This document shows, piece after piece, positions 27,458 through 42,000 of a stretch of 64,000 nucleotides of DNA. Source of the DNA: Adineta vaga. Its lineage: Eukaryota > Animalia > Rotifera. Made by a program: the position numbers and the translations under genes. The stretch is taken from positions 2,728,001 through 2,792,000 of the forward strand of contig CP075494.1 in NCBI GenBank assembly GCA_021613535.1, given 5' to 3'. The notes below the pieces were generated by a model, which did no database searches, was not told the DNA's origin, and saw nothing but the letters and a program-made list of their open reading frames with translations. The first letter of the stretch is position 1. The number at the start of each line of letters is the position of its first letter.

Positions 27458-29988
27458 ATGGATGATGGAAGAGTAGGCAACGATTATTTTGTCAATGGTG
27501 CAGATTCATTGTCTTCGCTCAGTTTTAAACAATTACAATTCAATTATCTTATCGCAAGTATTCTTATAGCTGGTAATTATATGAGATAATATCTTTCAAT
27601 TCGCCCATTTCTATATATATCTCATATTTTTTTTAAATAGTTGCCAACTATTTACCTGGTGCCTATCGGTATGCAATCTACGAGAGTAATGGAATAAGTA
27701 AATCAAGAATTGAATTATTGTATATTTGTTTCTATGGATCATCATTACTCATCGGTACGTTTGTTGCCATTCTTGCTGATAAATGGTGAGTTCCTTTTCA
27801 CAAGTAATAACGGTTATAGTATGTTTCAAACGAATGTCGTCCCATGTATAATCGAGAAGTCCATATTTATACCGTAGAAACGTTTCGTAATTTCATTTCA
27901 GTGGACGCCGACAAGCATGCATTTTGTGTGGTATCTTCTATGCGTTGTATTCCATTTCATTTGTAAGTAAAAACAGTTACTATTAGAACCTGAACTGATA
28001 ATTGAGGTGATCTTTCGAAGCATTTCCATTCCATATGGATTTTTGCCATTGCAACTATTCCTTGGGGTATTGCTGGTACATTGGATCAGATAGCTTTCGA
28101 ATCATGGCTTATCACAGAACATCGAAAAGTAAGCATTTCTTTCTAATACGACAATGACTGAAGTGCCTTTTGAATTATAGCTTTCTTTAAATACACAATC
28201 GCTCAAACATGTACTTCGCAACACATGTAAGCAATGCTTATTTAGATAGATTTGAGTCGTTATTATCAATTTTACAGAAATTCTTGGTAATATCGATATC
28301 ATAAGATAGTGCGATTCTTTGCAGTTGCACATCGAGATCGATGCTAGTAAGCTTATGAGATGAGATATAGATAGGATAAATTATTGAATGGCAAAGTAAA
28401 AGATAAGGTTTCAAGTGGTTGCAATAAATTGAACTTTTATTTCACTTTCATATTCACAGTTGTAGCTAGGATAATGGTATCCACAACAATGGCTTTTCTC
28501 TCCCAGTTTCTAGTTCAGCCATTTGGCTACATGTAAGTACTATTTAACTCGTTATCATATTTCCTTGTTCGAAATAGTGCCTTTAGCGTTTTTTTCAAAT
28601 TTTATATCGAATGTTTAAATCAGGGTGAAATTGACAGAAAAAAAAATGATTCAAATGCCTAAGCTATTATATAATAATCTGAGTTCTGTTATACTTCCTA
28701 TCATATTTCAGTGCTTCATTTGATGTGGCCGTTGTAATTCTCCTCCTGATGATAGTCTTTATACTGTTGAAATGGTCAGAAAACTATGGAAATAAAACAC
28801 TTTCATCTATTGATTCATTCATTTCTGCAACTAAGTCGTGTCTGGATGGTCAGTTCATTCTTATTGTTAGTACAACAAATAAACTCTTCATATTTGTAAG
28901 GTTTTCCAATTGTCTTGATTGGATTAAGCACGTCTTTCTTCGAAACAGTTATTTGTATTTACAGTATTCAATGGACACCAACACTTGAAAGCGCAAAAAG
29001 TATGATTATTCATGCTCCATTGCCTTTAGGTTTTTGTTATGGTGGTCAGATGGTAAGAATAGATCTACATTGGTAATAAACAAATATTTCTATTTATATA
29101 TAGTTATGTCGTTTCATTGGTACACTTGCATTTGGTCCTCTCGTTGCACGATTTCGAGTGCAATCATTTATGATGTAAACCATATTGATACACTGAACTC
29201 TTCTTTTTTCATTTATATCGATTTGATAGAATAATCTTTCTACTAGCTGCGATTGGATTGAGTGTACCACTATTTCTTCCAAATGTAAGTATACTATTCA
29301 ATGAATCACTACTAATATAATTACAACATCTTTAAGTCACAATGGCCGATTCTCATTGGCTTTTTCTTATATGAATTTTGTGTAGGTGTATATCGACCAT
29401 CGTTCGGTTTCCTAAGAAGTCAATACATTCCAAATGAGAGTAAGAATCTCACAATTAACTAACTATTTATTTCATTTTTCTATTTGCATATAGTTCGAGC
29501 AACAGTGATGAGTTATTTACGTGTTCCTCAACTTATTCTCGTAATTGGATTTTTACTCTTCGTAAGTATTTTACTTATGTGTAGACACAAAACAGATGTG
29601 TCCTTGAGATTATAGAGCATACAAGAGTATACATGATTTTATATTTACACGAAATAGAATTTATATATAGGATCACTGATGAGAAAATTATTTGATGAAT
29701 TTTAGCATTTTACCCTATCTATTGTGTTTATTATTTGGTTATTCATGTTAATATTGGCAGCGATTTGTATGATTGTTTTGCGAACGTGAGTACACCATTG
29801 AGCAAGAATTCTCTAACTGCTAGAAATTAAAATTGTTTTTGTTCAGTTTAAAAATGCCTGACGACGAACCGGTGGTTCCTGTTAAACAAGTACTCGCCAT
29901 TAATCTACCACCATTCCAGTTCACAGCTAAACAATATAATACACAATATTATCCAACAAATCCAAGTATTCATCGTATTCTATTATAA
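27458..29988 (+). CDS. MFSD5/MOT2-like major facilitator transporter (multi-exon)
   Basis: Spliced translation gives YLPGAYRYAIY, ILADKCGRRQAC, AFESWLITEH, KWSENYG, QWTPTLE, YEFCVGVYRP, IPNE.RATVMSYLRVP, matching the MFSD5 family. Confidence 0.75.
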
Positions 29989-30095
29989 TTTGAAAATAAA
30001 GAGTTTTCGACATTTACAGAAAAGATTAAATACTTTTTCTTTCTTTTTCTCAATTTTACAATAGTTCGAAAATAAATTTGTGCTCGTCATTAACC

Positions 30096-30156
30096 ATCTT
30101 GAAAGGTTTGAGTAACGATAGTCATCTATCTGATGCTGACACCCACACCTTCAAAG
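30096..30156. repeat. Telomere-motif palindromic short element
   Basis: ATCTTGAAAGGTTTGAGT ... CACCCACACCTTCAAAG. Confidence 0.55.
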
Positions 30157-30408
30157 TCAATATAGAACTATATGATTGATAAACTTTCATATCGCAAAAC
30201 TTTCATATATTACATTCATTTGAAATTCAAATGAATCTTTCATATTTTGATTAAATATGATTTGTAAGATGATCTTATCAAACAGTATAAGTAGACATAT
30301 ACAAAGATTATTTTTTTACACAGGTAATTTTATAAGAATAAAAATATATTCAAAAGAAATCATTCGATAGAAGTAGTCCGTTAGAAAATGTTTTTAGAAT
30401 AATCGAAT

Positions 30409-33400
30409 ATGGAAACTTCAAAAGATGATAATGTTGTTCTTTCAATGTTTGGCTTCATTGAACACTTTCGTGAACTTGATGAACAAACAAAGGAAACAAC
30501 TCATCATAATTTTATAACTGTTCTCAAAGAAGTAAGAGAATATTCAATCATTTAATATAGAATTATTAATATTTAGATTGCATGTAATCCTGTTCCGCAT
30601 GTTTCTTCGCAAATAATTGACATTTACAAAGATCTTCAGGAAAAGAATTACAATAGAAAAGAATTTCTAAATAAACTGAGAGAAAATGGAGCGACTGATG
30701 ACTATGATAGAGAAGAACTTGATGAAATGATTCAAAAACTTGAAGCATCTCGTGGTTATGGTGAAAAAGAAACAAAACGTTTGATTAATTTCATAAGAAA
30801 ATGTCATTCTTACAACAAATCAATGATTACAAAAATGTTAGAGACACTCAACGTACCAGATCAATATACAATCCTACATTATGGTGCTCTTTTCAACAAT
30901 GTTTCGTTCTGTCGATGTCTCATCATTGACTTTGGTTGTAGTAAGATACTTTTATTTTCTCATTAATATTGTAACAAATTCCCAATATCTTCTAATCTTA
31001 TTTTTACTAAAGATGTCAATTTGGTCAGTTCAGATGGCGAAACAGTACTTCATATCGCTGCTCGATTGATAAATACCAAATATCCCGATCGTCCTGTAAG
31101 TATGACGATTTGACTATCGTGAATAAAATTCTTTTTATTTTCTTCATAAGTCTTCTATTTTGGAATATTTGTTAAATCATCCGCAAATTCAAATAAACAT
31201 TCAAGATAATCAAGGACGAACACCGTTACATTTTGCTGTCATCTATAACTGTCCAGGAAATGTTAAATATTTGATAGAACATGGTGCAAATCTTAGCGTA
31301 AGTTCTATATGATGGAATAGATTCTAATCGAAATATTTTCTTTAAGATTTCCGATATTGGCGGTGCCATTCCACTTCACTATGCTTGTCGATTTCTTCAA
31401 AATAACCGTACAATTGAATTATTCTTGAATTTTCCACAATTATTCAATTGTGAAACATACGATAAGAGGAAACCGATTGATATTGCAATTGAATACAATG
31501 ATCCCATTCTTATCAAGCGATTTTTGACTCATTCAAAAGAGAAAATTTTATCGTTATTAAAAGAACAATATGATAGAATAATCAATGCTAATGATAGTTT
31601 ACTTTATTTTGCTTGTCATCAATTACATGGTCACAAAAAGATTTCTCATCTAATCAATTCAAATAGTATTATGTATCGAGATAAAGAAACTGGTCTCAGT
31701 CCATTGATGATTGCTGTTCAATATCGTCAATTTCAATATGTCAAAGAACTTCTCCAAAATAAATCTTTTACACAAGAAGCATTTGAATTGATTAGCCATA
31801 TTTCATTTCGTACTGTATTACATATTTGTACGAAAATTCATAACAAAGATATTACTAAAACATTATTTGATTCTCATTTCATATCGAATACATTAACAAT
31901 TGCTGCTGATGTATTAGGTGACACACCTTTACATATGTGTGCACAGTTTGGTAATGTATACATGGCACAATTGTTATTAAATTATGTCAACAATTATGAT
32001 TCATTTGCAACGACCACCAAAGTCACTCCTCATACGATGTTAATGAAAATGAATAAAAATAAATTAACACCTTTGCATATGGCTATTCAAGCTGGTCATT
32101 TGGATGTTATCAATGAAATGCTTCGATATACTGATCTATCAATTTTAAATATGCGTGATGATCAATTACGTACATGTTTACATATGGCTGCTGCAAAAGG
32201 TGAGAAAGAATTTTATTTTTCATGTTATATCAATGATAATATGTTATCTATAGGACATATTGGTATTGTTAACATACTTCTTCAATATCGAGCTGATTCA
32301 CATTGTTGTGATATAAATGAATGGACACCATTACATCATGCAATGCAAAATGAGAAGAATGTCGATGATGAAGAACGACTTCAATGTATTGAAAGTCTTG
32401 TTATACGTGGTATGAGTAATATCAATGCTTTAAGCATTCGACGAGAGACACCATTACATATTGCATGTAAATTTAGTTCGAGTAAACTTGTTAAACAAAT
32501 GATCAAATTTGATTGTGATCTATTTATAAGAAATGTTGATGATTATAATTGTCTTGAAGTAGCGATCGAAGCAAATAATGAAGAAGTTGTTCAATATTTG
32601 ATTGAAAATGATAATTGTTTTGATTTAATGCGTAATTCACAAATTCGAGAAAAGAAACGAAGTTGCTGTTCTCTTCGTCCTGGACAATACGAAGTTGATA
32701 CACCGATGCGAAAACTTATTCGTAAAATGCCTCGAATGGGTTTGCTTATGCTTAATAAATGTTCAATGATTGTAGGTACTGAAGGAACAGCAATACATCA
32801 GAATATTTTCATGTATGAATTTCTTGAAGATCAATTTACTGTTAACAAATGGAATTCAGATACATCAAAAACTGAAAGACATAGTGAATTGTATACTTCG
32901 AATACAGTCAATCTTGTTATGAATCATCCATTATTTCTAATGGCTCAGTATGAAGCTTATGATCTTATGTCACATTCACTCAGTAATTATCTTGTGAAAT
33001 TAAAATTTAAAAATTTCGGTATTTTTCTATATATATTGCTTCTCTTGCTCTATTCGATTTATCTTGGATTGTTTACTACGATTGTATTACGTGCACATCA
33101 TCCGGGAATCTATTATAATCTTACAAATATTGATTTTCAAGATTCTTTATGTTACAATGTTTCACAAGTACTTCTAACAACATATCCTAATCTTGGTGGT
33201 ATCAAAACAACGATCGATTATTTATTAAAATATTCTATGTATACCGTAATTGGATTACTTATCTCAAAAAATATTTTTAATATCATCGAAATCTGTCAAA
33301 TGGATTTCTCCAAAACATTAAGATATTGGTTAGAAACATTTGCAGTTATGTTAAGCTTTCATCTTTGTGTATGATCAAGATCATCAAACGGATCTTACCT

Positions 33401-34145
33401 TTCGTTGTCCACGTCAATGGGAATATGGTGCATTTGCTTTACTTCTTAGTTGGTTAACTTTACTTGGATATATTCAATTTATTCCTAGCATAGGTCTTTA
33501 TGTTACAATGCTTTTGGTCATTAGTAAGAAATTTATGCGATTTTTGCCCATACTTCTTATTCTTATCACTGGTTTTTCATTTACTTTTTACATGGTTTTT
33601 CAAAATTTCGAACAATTTCAAAATGCAGCTTTCTCTTATATTAGAACAGGTACTTTATTCAAAGAGTATTCTTTCCATACGACTTTTGTTTAACTCAATT
33701 TAGCATTCATGATGTCGGGTGAATTAGGTTTTGATGAACGTATGTACAATGAAAATGTCAAAGCTTATTATAATGTGGCATTTCTTATTTATATTCTGTT
33801 TGTTCTCATCATGACCGTATTTGTCACGAATCTTCTTATTGGTTAACTCCTAACACATATTATTTTCTTTGATAATATATCTCTTTCTCTTTAGGATTAG
33901 CTGTCGGTGAAATTCCACCATTAATGAAACAAGCATCGGATGATCTCAATCGATTATTTTACGAGCTTGTTGCCATATGTGAGATTTTTCGTTATCGTCT
34001 CATTTGGATTTTACGTCGTAGTGACATAAATGATGCTATTGCATTCAGTTATCAAAATTTGGATAAAAAGAAATGGTATAAACGATTCTCTGGTTCGAAC
34101 AATATTGATGATACAAAGGAGATGAAAATAAAAGCATTTGATTAA
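30409..34145 (+). CDS. TRPA-like ankyrin-repeat cation channel (multi-exon; apparent +1 frameshift near 33357)
   Basis: Many ankyrin repeats, then NHPLFLM..HSL, transmembrane segments QWEYGAFALLLSWL, GLYVTML, pore GELGFDE, and TNLLIGLAVGEI. Confidence 0.85.
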
Positions 34146-34164
34146 TTTTTGAAGAGATATCCAA

Positions 34165-36404
34165 TCATTTTGTTAATATTGTATTTATTTCATTTACAAT
34201 TTCTTCCATTTCAATACAAGTTGATTGACATTGAGTATTATTTCGATGTTCAATTAATGTTGGTTTAATTGAAATATCTCGAACAGCACGAAATTGTCCA
34301 CAATTATTTAAATGTTCATTTTCTAAACGAAAATAATTCCAAAGAAATCGTCGAATTAATTCAATAAAAGCAAATATAAATCCAATAAAATCAGAATATT
34401 CAGCAGAAAAAGAATCGAAATGAATAAAAATATTAATTATCCAAATAAAACGAAAAAGAATATTTTCAATAATTGTAAAATAATAAAAAGATTTCGATGA
34501 ATAAATGATTTGTTCACGTAAATATTTATTTTTTCCCATTTTTCTTTGACAAAATCCCCAATCCATTTTAAAATCCCAAATCAATTTATATGTTGAACTA
34601 ATTAATGATGTTAAAATCCATAGATATAGAAAGGGATTTGAATATCTGTTATTTTGATATTTCAAAGCATATCCACGTCGAAATCCATTCATTATAATAA
34701 CAAAGAAACTACTTGCATATTTTCCAGCATTAACAAGATGTGGAAATCGATGTTTTGTATCACGATATCGTCGTAAACATTGTAGAAAACGAAACCATGA
34801 TGGTAATAGAAGAAAAATAACTTGAAAACAAATTTGTGTCCAACCGGAACAAAAAAGAGAACGTTGATTATTTAATTGAGTCCATTTCGTATCATATAAA
34901 TAAAAACAAATAAAATATTCAATATCAAAAAAGATTAATTCAATCGAACATAACTGATCAGCAAGCCAAAAATCAGAAAAATTAACATGAACAAATGGAG
35001 AGCAAAGAATTCGAAGGAATTTTTTTAATAACCAAAAACGACTTTGAAAATAAAATATTCGAATTGGATTAATTAAAAATACGAAAAGAAAAAGAATTAA
35101 AATAAGTGGTTGAATAAATGGTTGAAATTTTAAATAGGATGAAAGAATATATGCATTAACACTTAAACACCAAATAACCAGTAAACAAAAACCAAGTTCA
35201 AGATATTTTTGATATGTTAAATGATTTCGAGGATCTAATTCAAATATAAGAACATGATTTACACCGGATTTTGACCAACCATAAACATTTAGAGCAAAGA
35301 AAATAATATTAAGAATGATTAAAAATGTTGAACGATATAGATGAACAACAGCATGCCAATCAAATATTTCAATTGATTCGTTTTTATGAAGAATAATACC
35401 AACTATAATCATTGATGGAATCAACAAACATAACATTCCTAAAAATCATCGATCGGAACTAAATAAGTTTTATATAACAAAGTTTACCTATCTGTTTTAA
35501 AACTCTTGGCTACGCGCTACTGATTTCTAATGTCTCTTACCAGTAAATATTCCAATTCTAAATGAAACAGTTTTGGATTGTTTTTCTTCTAAAGGTGGTA
35601 CACGAAGACGTTGCATTGCTCGTGTTCGATCACCTGATTCCAGTTCATTTGTAAACAAGATTTCAACGTCATTCATTAATTGTTCAATTCGTTTTGATGT
35701 ATAAAATGGTGCTGAATCAATATGAACGTTTCTATTTGATATTTTTCTTCTTATTAAATATGAAAAAAAGACAATTATCTTCATACCTCCATTGATTACC
35801 ACGTGTTGTTTCAAATAATTTATCATGTTTTTTTAAAATTTTACGAAAACCAGTAAAATTAAGTGTTTGATAATTTTGTAATAGAATAAGCATTAAATAA
35901 AACTCACTAAAAGCTAATTTAAGATCATTAATCTTTCGATGACGTTTACGTTTATCAAAATGATTTCTTTCCACATCATTTCTCGGATATATTTTATTGG
36001 TTATACGATGATTATGTTTTATATAAATTAATTCAGTTTTAAGTGGTTCAAATCGTAATAATGCTCTAGATTAATCAAATCAAATTTTTCATATTAGAAA
36101 AATGAAATATTTCAACTCACTCAGCTAATTTTTCAGCAAAAAACGTATTTATTTTTATTGCTTCTTTTTCACAAACCTACAAATAAAATGGAAGTGCAAA
36201 GAGAAAACAATCAATTAAACTATTTTTTACTTTAAAAAAATCTTGATCAATTTCAATAAAAAATTGTTGACGTAATGAATTTTCATTTAATTGTGATGCT
36301 TTTGAAAATGCATCAATAAGTAATTCTTTCATATAATCATAGGAAATATATTGAGAAGACCATTCAGAAGTTAAATGTTCTCGTAAATATTCACCATATT
36401 TCAT
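34165..36404 (-). CDS. XPR1: Xenotropic and polytropic retrovirus receptor 1 homolog (SPX-EXS phosphate exporter)
   Basis: SPX (MKYGEYL...[23 protein letters not shown]) and EXS ([48 protein letters not shown]). Confidence 0.92.
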
Positions 36405-36691
36405 TTTACAAACTATTATTCCTTATCGCGAAGAAAAATGAATAACTTTGAAGATTTATAATACAACTTTTTCTTCTCCCCTTCTCAAAACAAAGAAGCA
36501 CCCCCTCTCTTGATATTATTTTATCTATTCACTTGACTAAAAGGATACAATCTTGAAAAAGAATATTCATTTCAATTTATGACATTTTTCGCAAGGGTGT
36601 GGATAAGAGTTTTCTATTAATCCACGTATCATCAAAGCAGACATATATAAGAAACGCTAAATAAGAGCAATGTCAAAAATGAGATAATCAT

Positions 36692-37858
36692 TTAACATTC
36701 AAGATTGGCTGGATCAGTATTGAAGTAGATATGCATCGTAGTGAAACCGCCAACATCATCATATCTTTGAAACATGCATTTTGGAACAGGAATTAGAAAT
36801 GACTAAAACACAAAATTCATTGGATTAATATCGTCAAAAAACAAATACGTACCGAAATAATGGATTTTGTTGGAAATTCGACTCGTGGTAATGAGTCCAA
36901 CTTGCCCATAATACTCCATCCGAAAGCACTCAATTGACCTTTATTGTACATGATAAAAGCCGGTAAGAATTCTGAACAATTCAAATTTAAATGATTGTCA
37001 TACCAATAATGTGTACCTATTCGAATATAACAAAAGTAGATCAGATAAACGAAAAAAAAAGATTAATAAACTCGCCCATGGTCTTAAAACAGGCTCCTCG
37101 AACCCATTTTGTTTTGCCAAGATCATTTTGCCATAGTGGTACTTCAACAATATCTTGTAATGGATTCGATCCATTTTGAAAAAAGAGACCAACTCCTGTT
37201 CCTTCATGTTCAAGACGCGATAATGTACGTCCAACACTACATATTGTAGCTAGAATATAGATAAATCAAATAACATGTGATAAGATCAATTCGAAAACGT
37301 TTACCAGGCGGAACGAAATATGCTGTAATAGTATACATATCAATACCATTGATTGTTTCTCGATTGTACATCCTTTGAGTGTCAAATGAATAAAACTTTG
37401 GATTAGTTTTAGATCGTGGAAACTAAACAAAATAATCAAAGTAAAACGGAAAGTAAAAATATGACTTACAGCAATCTGAATGCCAGCAATAGTTCCTTGT
37501 TTGTCATAGATAAGAATAGCTCCCGTATCATTACCTTTCCAATAACGATAACCAACAGTTGTTTTGCCTGTTTTTCAACATAAAGAATGAAAATTTTCTT
37601 TTTGAATTATATTATAAATTGTGATTGATTCTTACTAAGACATTGATCTCCAAGACCGTTTGGAAGCTTTTCGTACTCTTCTTGTAAGGCTTGTTGTACT
37701 GTTCTTGGTTGTCGAATAAACACTTTATCGTTGGATACTAATGGATCGAGTCCATGTATAATTTTAAGTGTGTTCCATTCTACTTTTCGATTGATACGTT
37801 GAGATGACGATAATAAAATTGAAACTATGAATAAAAGAGAAATCCAACATTTATTCAT
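36692..37858 (-). CDS. Uncharacterised secreted cysteine-containing protein (multi-exon)
   Basis: Signal peptide MNKCWISLLFIVSILL; spliced exons read ILIYDKQGTIAGIQIA, ITAYFVPPATICSVGR, GCFKTMGVHYWY, FTTMHIYF...LEC*. Confidence 0.7.
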
Positions 37859-39191
37859 ACAATTCAACTTACTAGAAAAGATAGCTGATAAAATAGTAAT
37901 AACTTTAAAATCAAACATCTTTATTGTTTTTCTTTCCCTTTAAACACTCGAATCGATTAAAATAAATCCTTCTGTATATATATAGTGATTATATTTATCC
38001 ATCTATCATCATTACAATAGTAAAAATAAGCGTGTATTTATTATTACTCATATCTTTCGTAAAGATCATGTTTGAATAAAGATTTATTGTTAAAACTAAG
38101 CTGTATGTCATAACAGCAAACAATGATATATAATTCGGATTAATAAGAACGATAATTCTTCCACGGCAAAATCTACACTCATTGACCGACACTTGGACCC
38201 TCAAAAGTGACAAAAATATCAACAGTATAACGCTATTTGGAACTATTTCAATGATATTAACGAAGCTGATTGTCAAACATCATTATGTCTATGATCTCTT
38301 TTCATTCATCGTATATATCTTTGCTAAATAATTCAATTGAAATGGTAGAAATTATAAATATGTCTCAATAGAAGACAAACAAAGATGACTTAAAATGAAA
38401 CAATGAAATTTATAGCTAAAGAATTACTTTACGGTCTAAATCATCGGTACGCTCAGAACATTTCTTTATGTTTGTTACTAGGATTATTTTCGGTTAACCT
38501 CTAACTCAATACATTTTATTAAGAAAGTAATTGGACAACTTGGCGAGTGTCCGTCATGAACTAATACAATGTCTGAGTACCGTTCTCATCCGCATTCATA
38601 CTTTAGCAAACAATTGAGAATAACAATAAAGTATGAGCAATTTATGATATATATATATGTCCTAGGCAAAGTTGAATCATCTTTTATTCTATGAATAAAT
38701 GCTCATTCTCCTTCTGGTCGGTATATTAATGTCATGCTCATAACAGTTATTCGTAACTTCTAATAATTATTAAATATTCCTAAATCTCACACACTGCGAT
38801 GTCGACTTTAGTTCTTTAATTTGAATTTATTGTAATAAACAACAACTACTATTTTAAAATTTAAAGTTTAATTTAGCCTAAAACAACTAAATTTCTTGAT
38901 AAAGGAAACAACATATCAATGGAAACGACGAAAGCTTTCAGTGTGATTCATACAATGTAAATATTAAATTTGAACGTTACAAAAGCAAAAAACTATCATG
39001 ATAATTATTTGAAAAAAAAGATGAATTGAACGTAAACAACATTGAACTTGTATTTTCAATTAATTGACTTATAAAGATTTGTATATGGCACGTAAAATTG
39101 AAATTTCTATTTTTTCATATTTCCTGATTTTTTTACATTGACGAAAAGTGAATTGAAAGTTTTGCTTTTACTAAATTATGTTCCGTTAGAT

Positions 39192-40147
39192 TTAGTTATG
39201 TTTCTCTTTATTCCGGCATAGTTCTTGGATCTTCAGCAAATAGTTGTCGTTGAATCCTTGAATAATTGCATTTGCAAAACGTTTCTCGAAATTCTCGCGA
39301 AAAGTTTCTGAGACAGCATAGAATATATAAAAAGGTGAGGCATTACTCATATAGAAGAGAATGCGAGCAATAAGCAGAAGTAAGTTTTTAATTTGTAAGC
39401 GTAAGATACTTTTTTCAGCATTCATGTAACTGGTCGCGACTATTTCAATAATAATGATTGGATAAAGAATATTTGTTAAAAAATGTACAAACACTTCGCC
39501 GAGTACCATCTTGAGTAATTCTCGATCTCGACGACGAAGGCCAGTTTGTGTACGACCAACAACAGGAACATTTCCGAGTGGTATGATACGAATACGTGAT
39601 CGTTTGATATTTAAATGAGCCAGTGCTCCAAAAGTAGTGGTCAATAAAAGTGGAATAATACCAATAGTAGATATGGCGTAAGCATTGTACCACGCTAGTT
39701 CAGCACCAAACTGACCACATACTCCATTTTCAACTTTTGAAAAGATTAAACCAGGAGAACCCATTTCGCTAGAAAAGGTCGACCGAGCGCTCGTAAACTA
39801 GCCTTGGTACTTGTTATTGCAAATCGATCTATACTTTGTAAAACGATAAAATATCGACCCATTTGTCCCCACACATGAGGTAAATATACTCTTAGTTTAC
39901 AAAATACTGGAGATTGTGTTGAAGGATCAACAAAGTTATAAGAGTGCACAGAAAAAGAAATGATGAATGTAAGAAAGAAAACGTTCATAACTGATGCAGA
40001 TAAAAGATACATCGAACAAGGATTTTGGTAATGTTTTTTGAAAACGAACACATTGCATATATTACCTATATTACCAAGAATCATACATGTGATCATGACA
40101 TATCGATTAAGTATATCTTCAGTCAATGAAAATGGATTTGATGACAT
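39192..40147 (-). pseudogene. Class A GPCR split by a frameshifting deletion in TM4
   Basis: ORFs 39746-40147 (GNICN, SIDRF) and 39192-39764 (TM5-7) are in different frames, most of TM4 is missing, and no intron is visible. Confidence 0.7.
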
Positions 40148-41540
40148 TATTGTTAATAAATTCTGAAAGATAAGGATAAATTCTCAAATGACATTATGCA
40201 TTTAATGCACTACTTCTCGACACTTCAATTTAATTGTTCGCAAAGGATAAGTATGTAGACGAACATAAATCTCATTAGAATCAGAGTACATCTTATTTTA
40301 TAAATCTGAGACATGTCGATTCTATTGATGATGAATCTATTAATTTACATGAAATCCTCATAATTTATAAAATAAAAAACGTAATATCATTTTTGTTCTA
40401 TATGTACGTGTGTAATTTATTAATAAATATAACTACGTCAATAAAATTTATATTTATACTTTATTTCATAAACTAATGCACAACTTAATTGATATTATGT
40501 CTTCTTTCTACTAAAATATTTTACGAAAGAAAACAAGAACTTTTTTTCTCATTTTATTCAATTCAAAACATTTCTAAAATAAAAAGATTCAAATCAAATC
40601 GAAATTGTAAACTGAATTGAACCTAAGTTATATTTCAAATTAGAAATTATTATTGTGTTATTCTAACGTTGAACTAATTAACAATACGTAAAAAAGAAGT
40701 TTAAAAAAAACATTCGATCAATAATTTGAGACTGACAAACTTCGTTTAAAATAAACTGAAGTTGACGACTTTTATAAATTAAATGAGGAAATAAAAATCT
40801 TATTATAATATTTTTCAAATCTATTCGATTAATAAATGAGAAATAACGGCAGAAAATGAAGAATGAACTATTTTCTCTTTTTATCAAATATGATCATTTG
40901 AATTATTCAGTATTTTTATAGAAGAAAAAAACATATATGAAATATTGTTTACTCTAAACGTGTTTCTGTCACATGCAATTAAATACGCTCGGATACTCCT
41001 GAAATGAACCGTTTGACATGGCAGGATTTTTTTCATTCTTCTATAAAAGTAACGAATTATTATTTCGAATTCATTTCAGTGAATAATATCTATTTCTATA
41101 GAATGGAAAATATCTTCTTACTATCAAAAGTGAAATATTGATCAATAGATTAATTGAATAAATATGTGAAAAAGTTTTTCGTCTAATTTTATTTTATCAA
41201 CATTATTTTAATAATTAAACTTTTTCAAAATATAATTTTCAATTGAAAATTCAGAAATTTGATCTTTTTATAAGATCGAAAGAAAGATACTTGAATTCAC
41301 CGAATCGATGAAATTCGACATTTCTTCGATGTTTCTTTTTGTTCTGCATTTTGTCACTTTCTCATTCATATGTCATCAGATTATACTGTTTTGTGTTGAT
41401 ATTACACAAACATATTTCGATTACTCACAATCATGACTCAATGTCAAATACCTCCTATAAAATAACGTGAAAATGATGTGATGCTTTATAGTAGCAGCTG
41501 AAAAATAATGGTTTTTGGTTGAATCTTCGACAGAACGTTG

Positions 41541-42000
41541 ATGGAACAACAACGTCAATATCATTGTGCACAACCGTATGATTCCTATAGTGCTTCACCA
41601 TTTTTTATCGATTTAAATGCTGCAAATAAATCCGAAAATGAAAGAAGCCAATCCAATGCTGATTCTAATTTTCGGCCAATTTTTATTGATTTGACCGCTG
41701 CACGTAGAAATCAAAAACCTAAACCAAATAAAAAAAGATCAATACTTAGTCAATCTCAACAATCAACAACATTCTACAACATCTAACAAAAATTCTTCTG
41801 ATGGAACAATAAGAAGCAAGGCAAATCGAAGTGTAACAGATGATTATCATCATCGATTAGCAGGGATAAATCCAGTGTCAATCGATTGTTGTTGTGATTG
41901 CTGTTTTCGGCAACTCAAGCGCAATGTAGAGAATTCAGATGATCATGGCTGGTGCTTCTCTTGTGACTGTGATAATTGCTGTGATTGCAGTTTTTTCTGA
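41541..42000 (+). CDS. Small protein with Cys-rich C-terminus ending in CaaX (CSFF); needs one frameshift in the A-run at ~41730
   Basis: ORF 41538 continues in another frame as DQYLVNLNN...IDCCCDCCFRQ...WCFSCDCDNCCDCSFF*. Confidence 0.5.
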
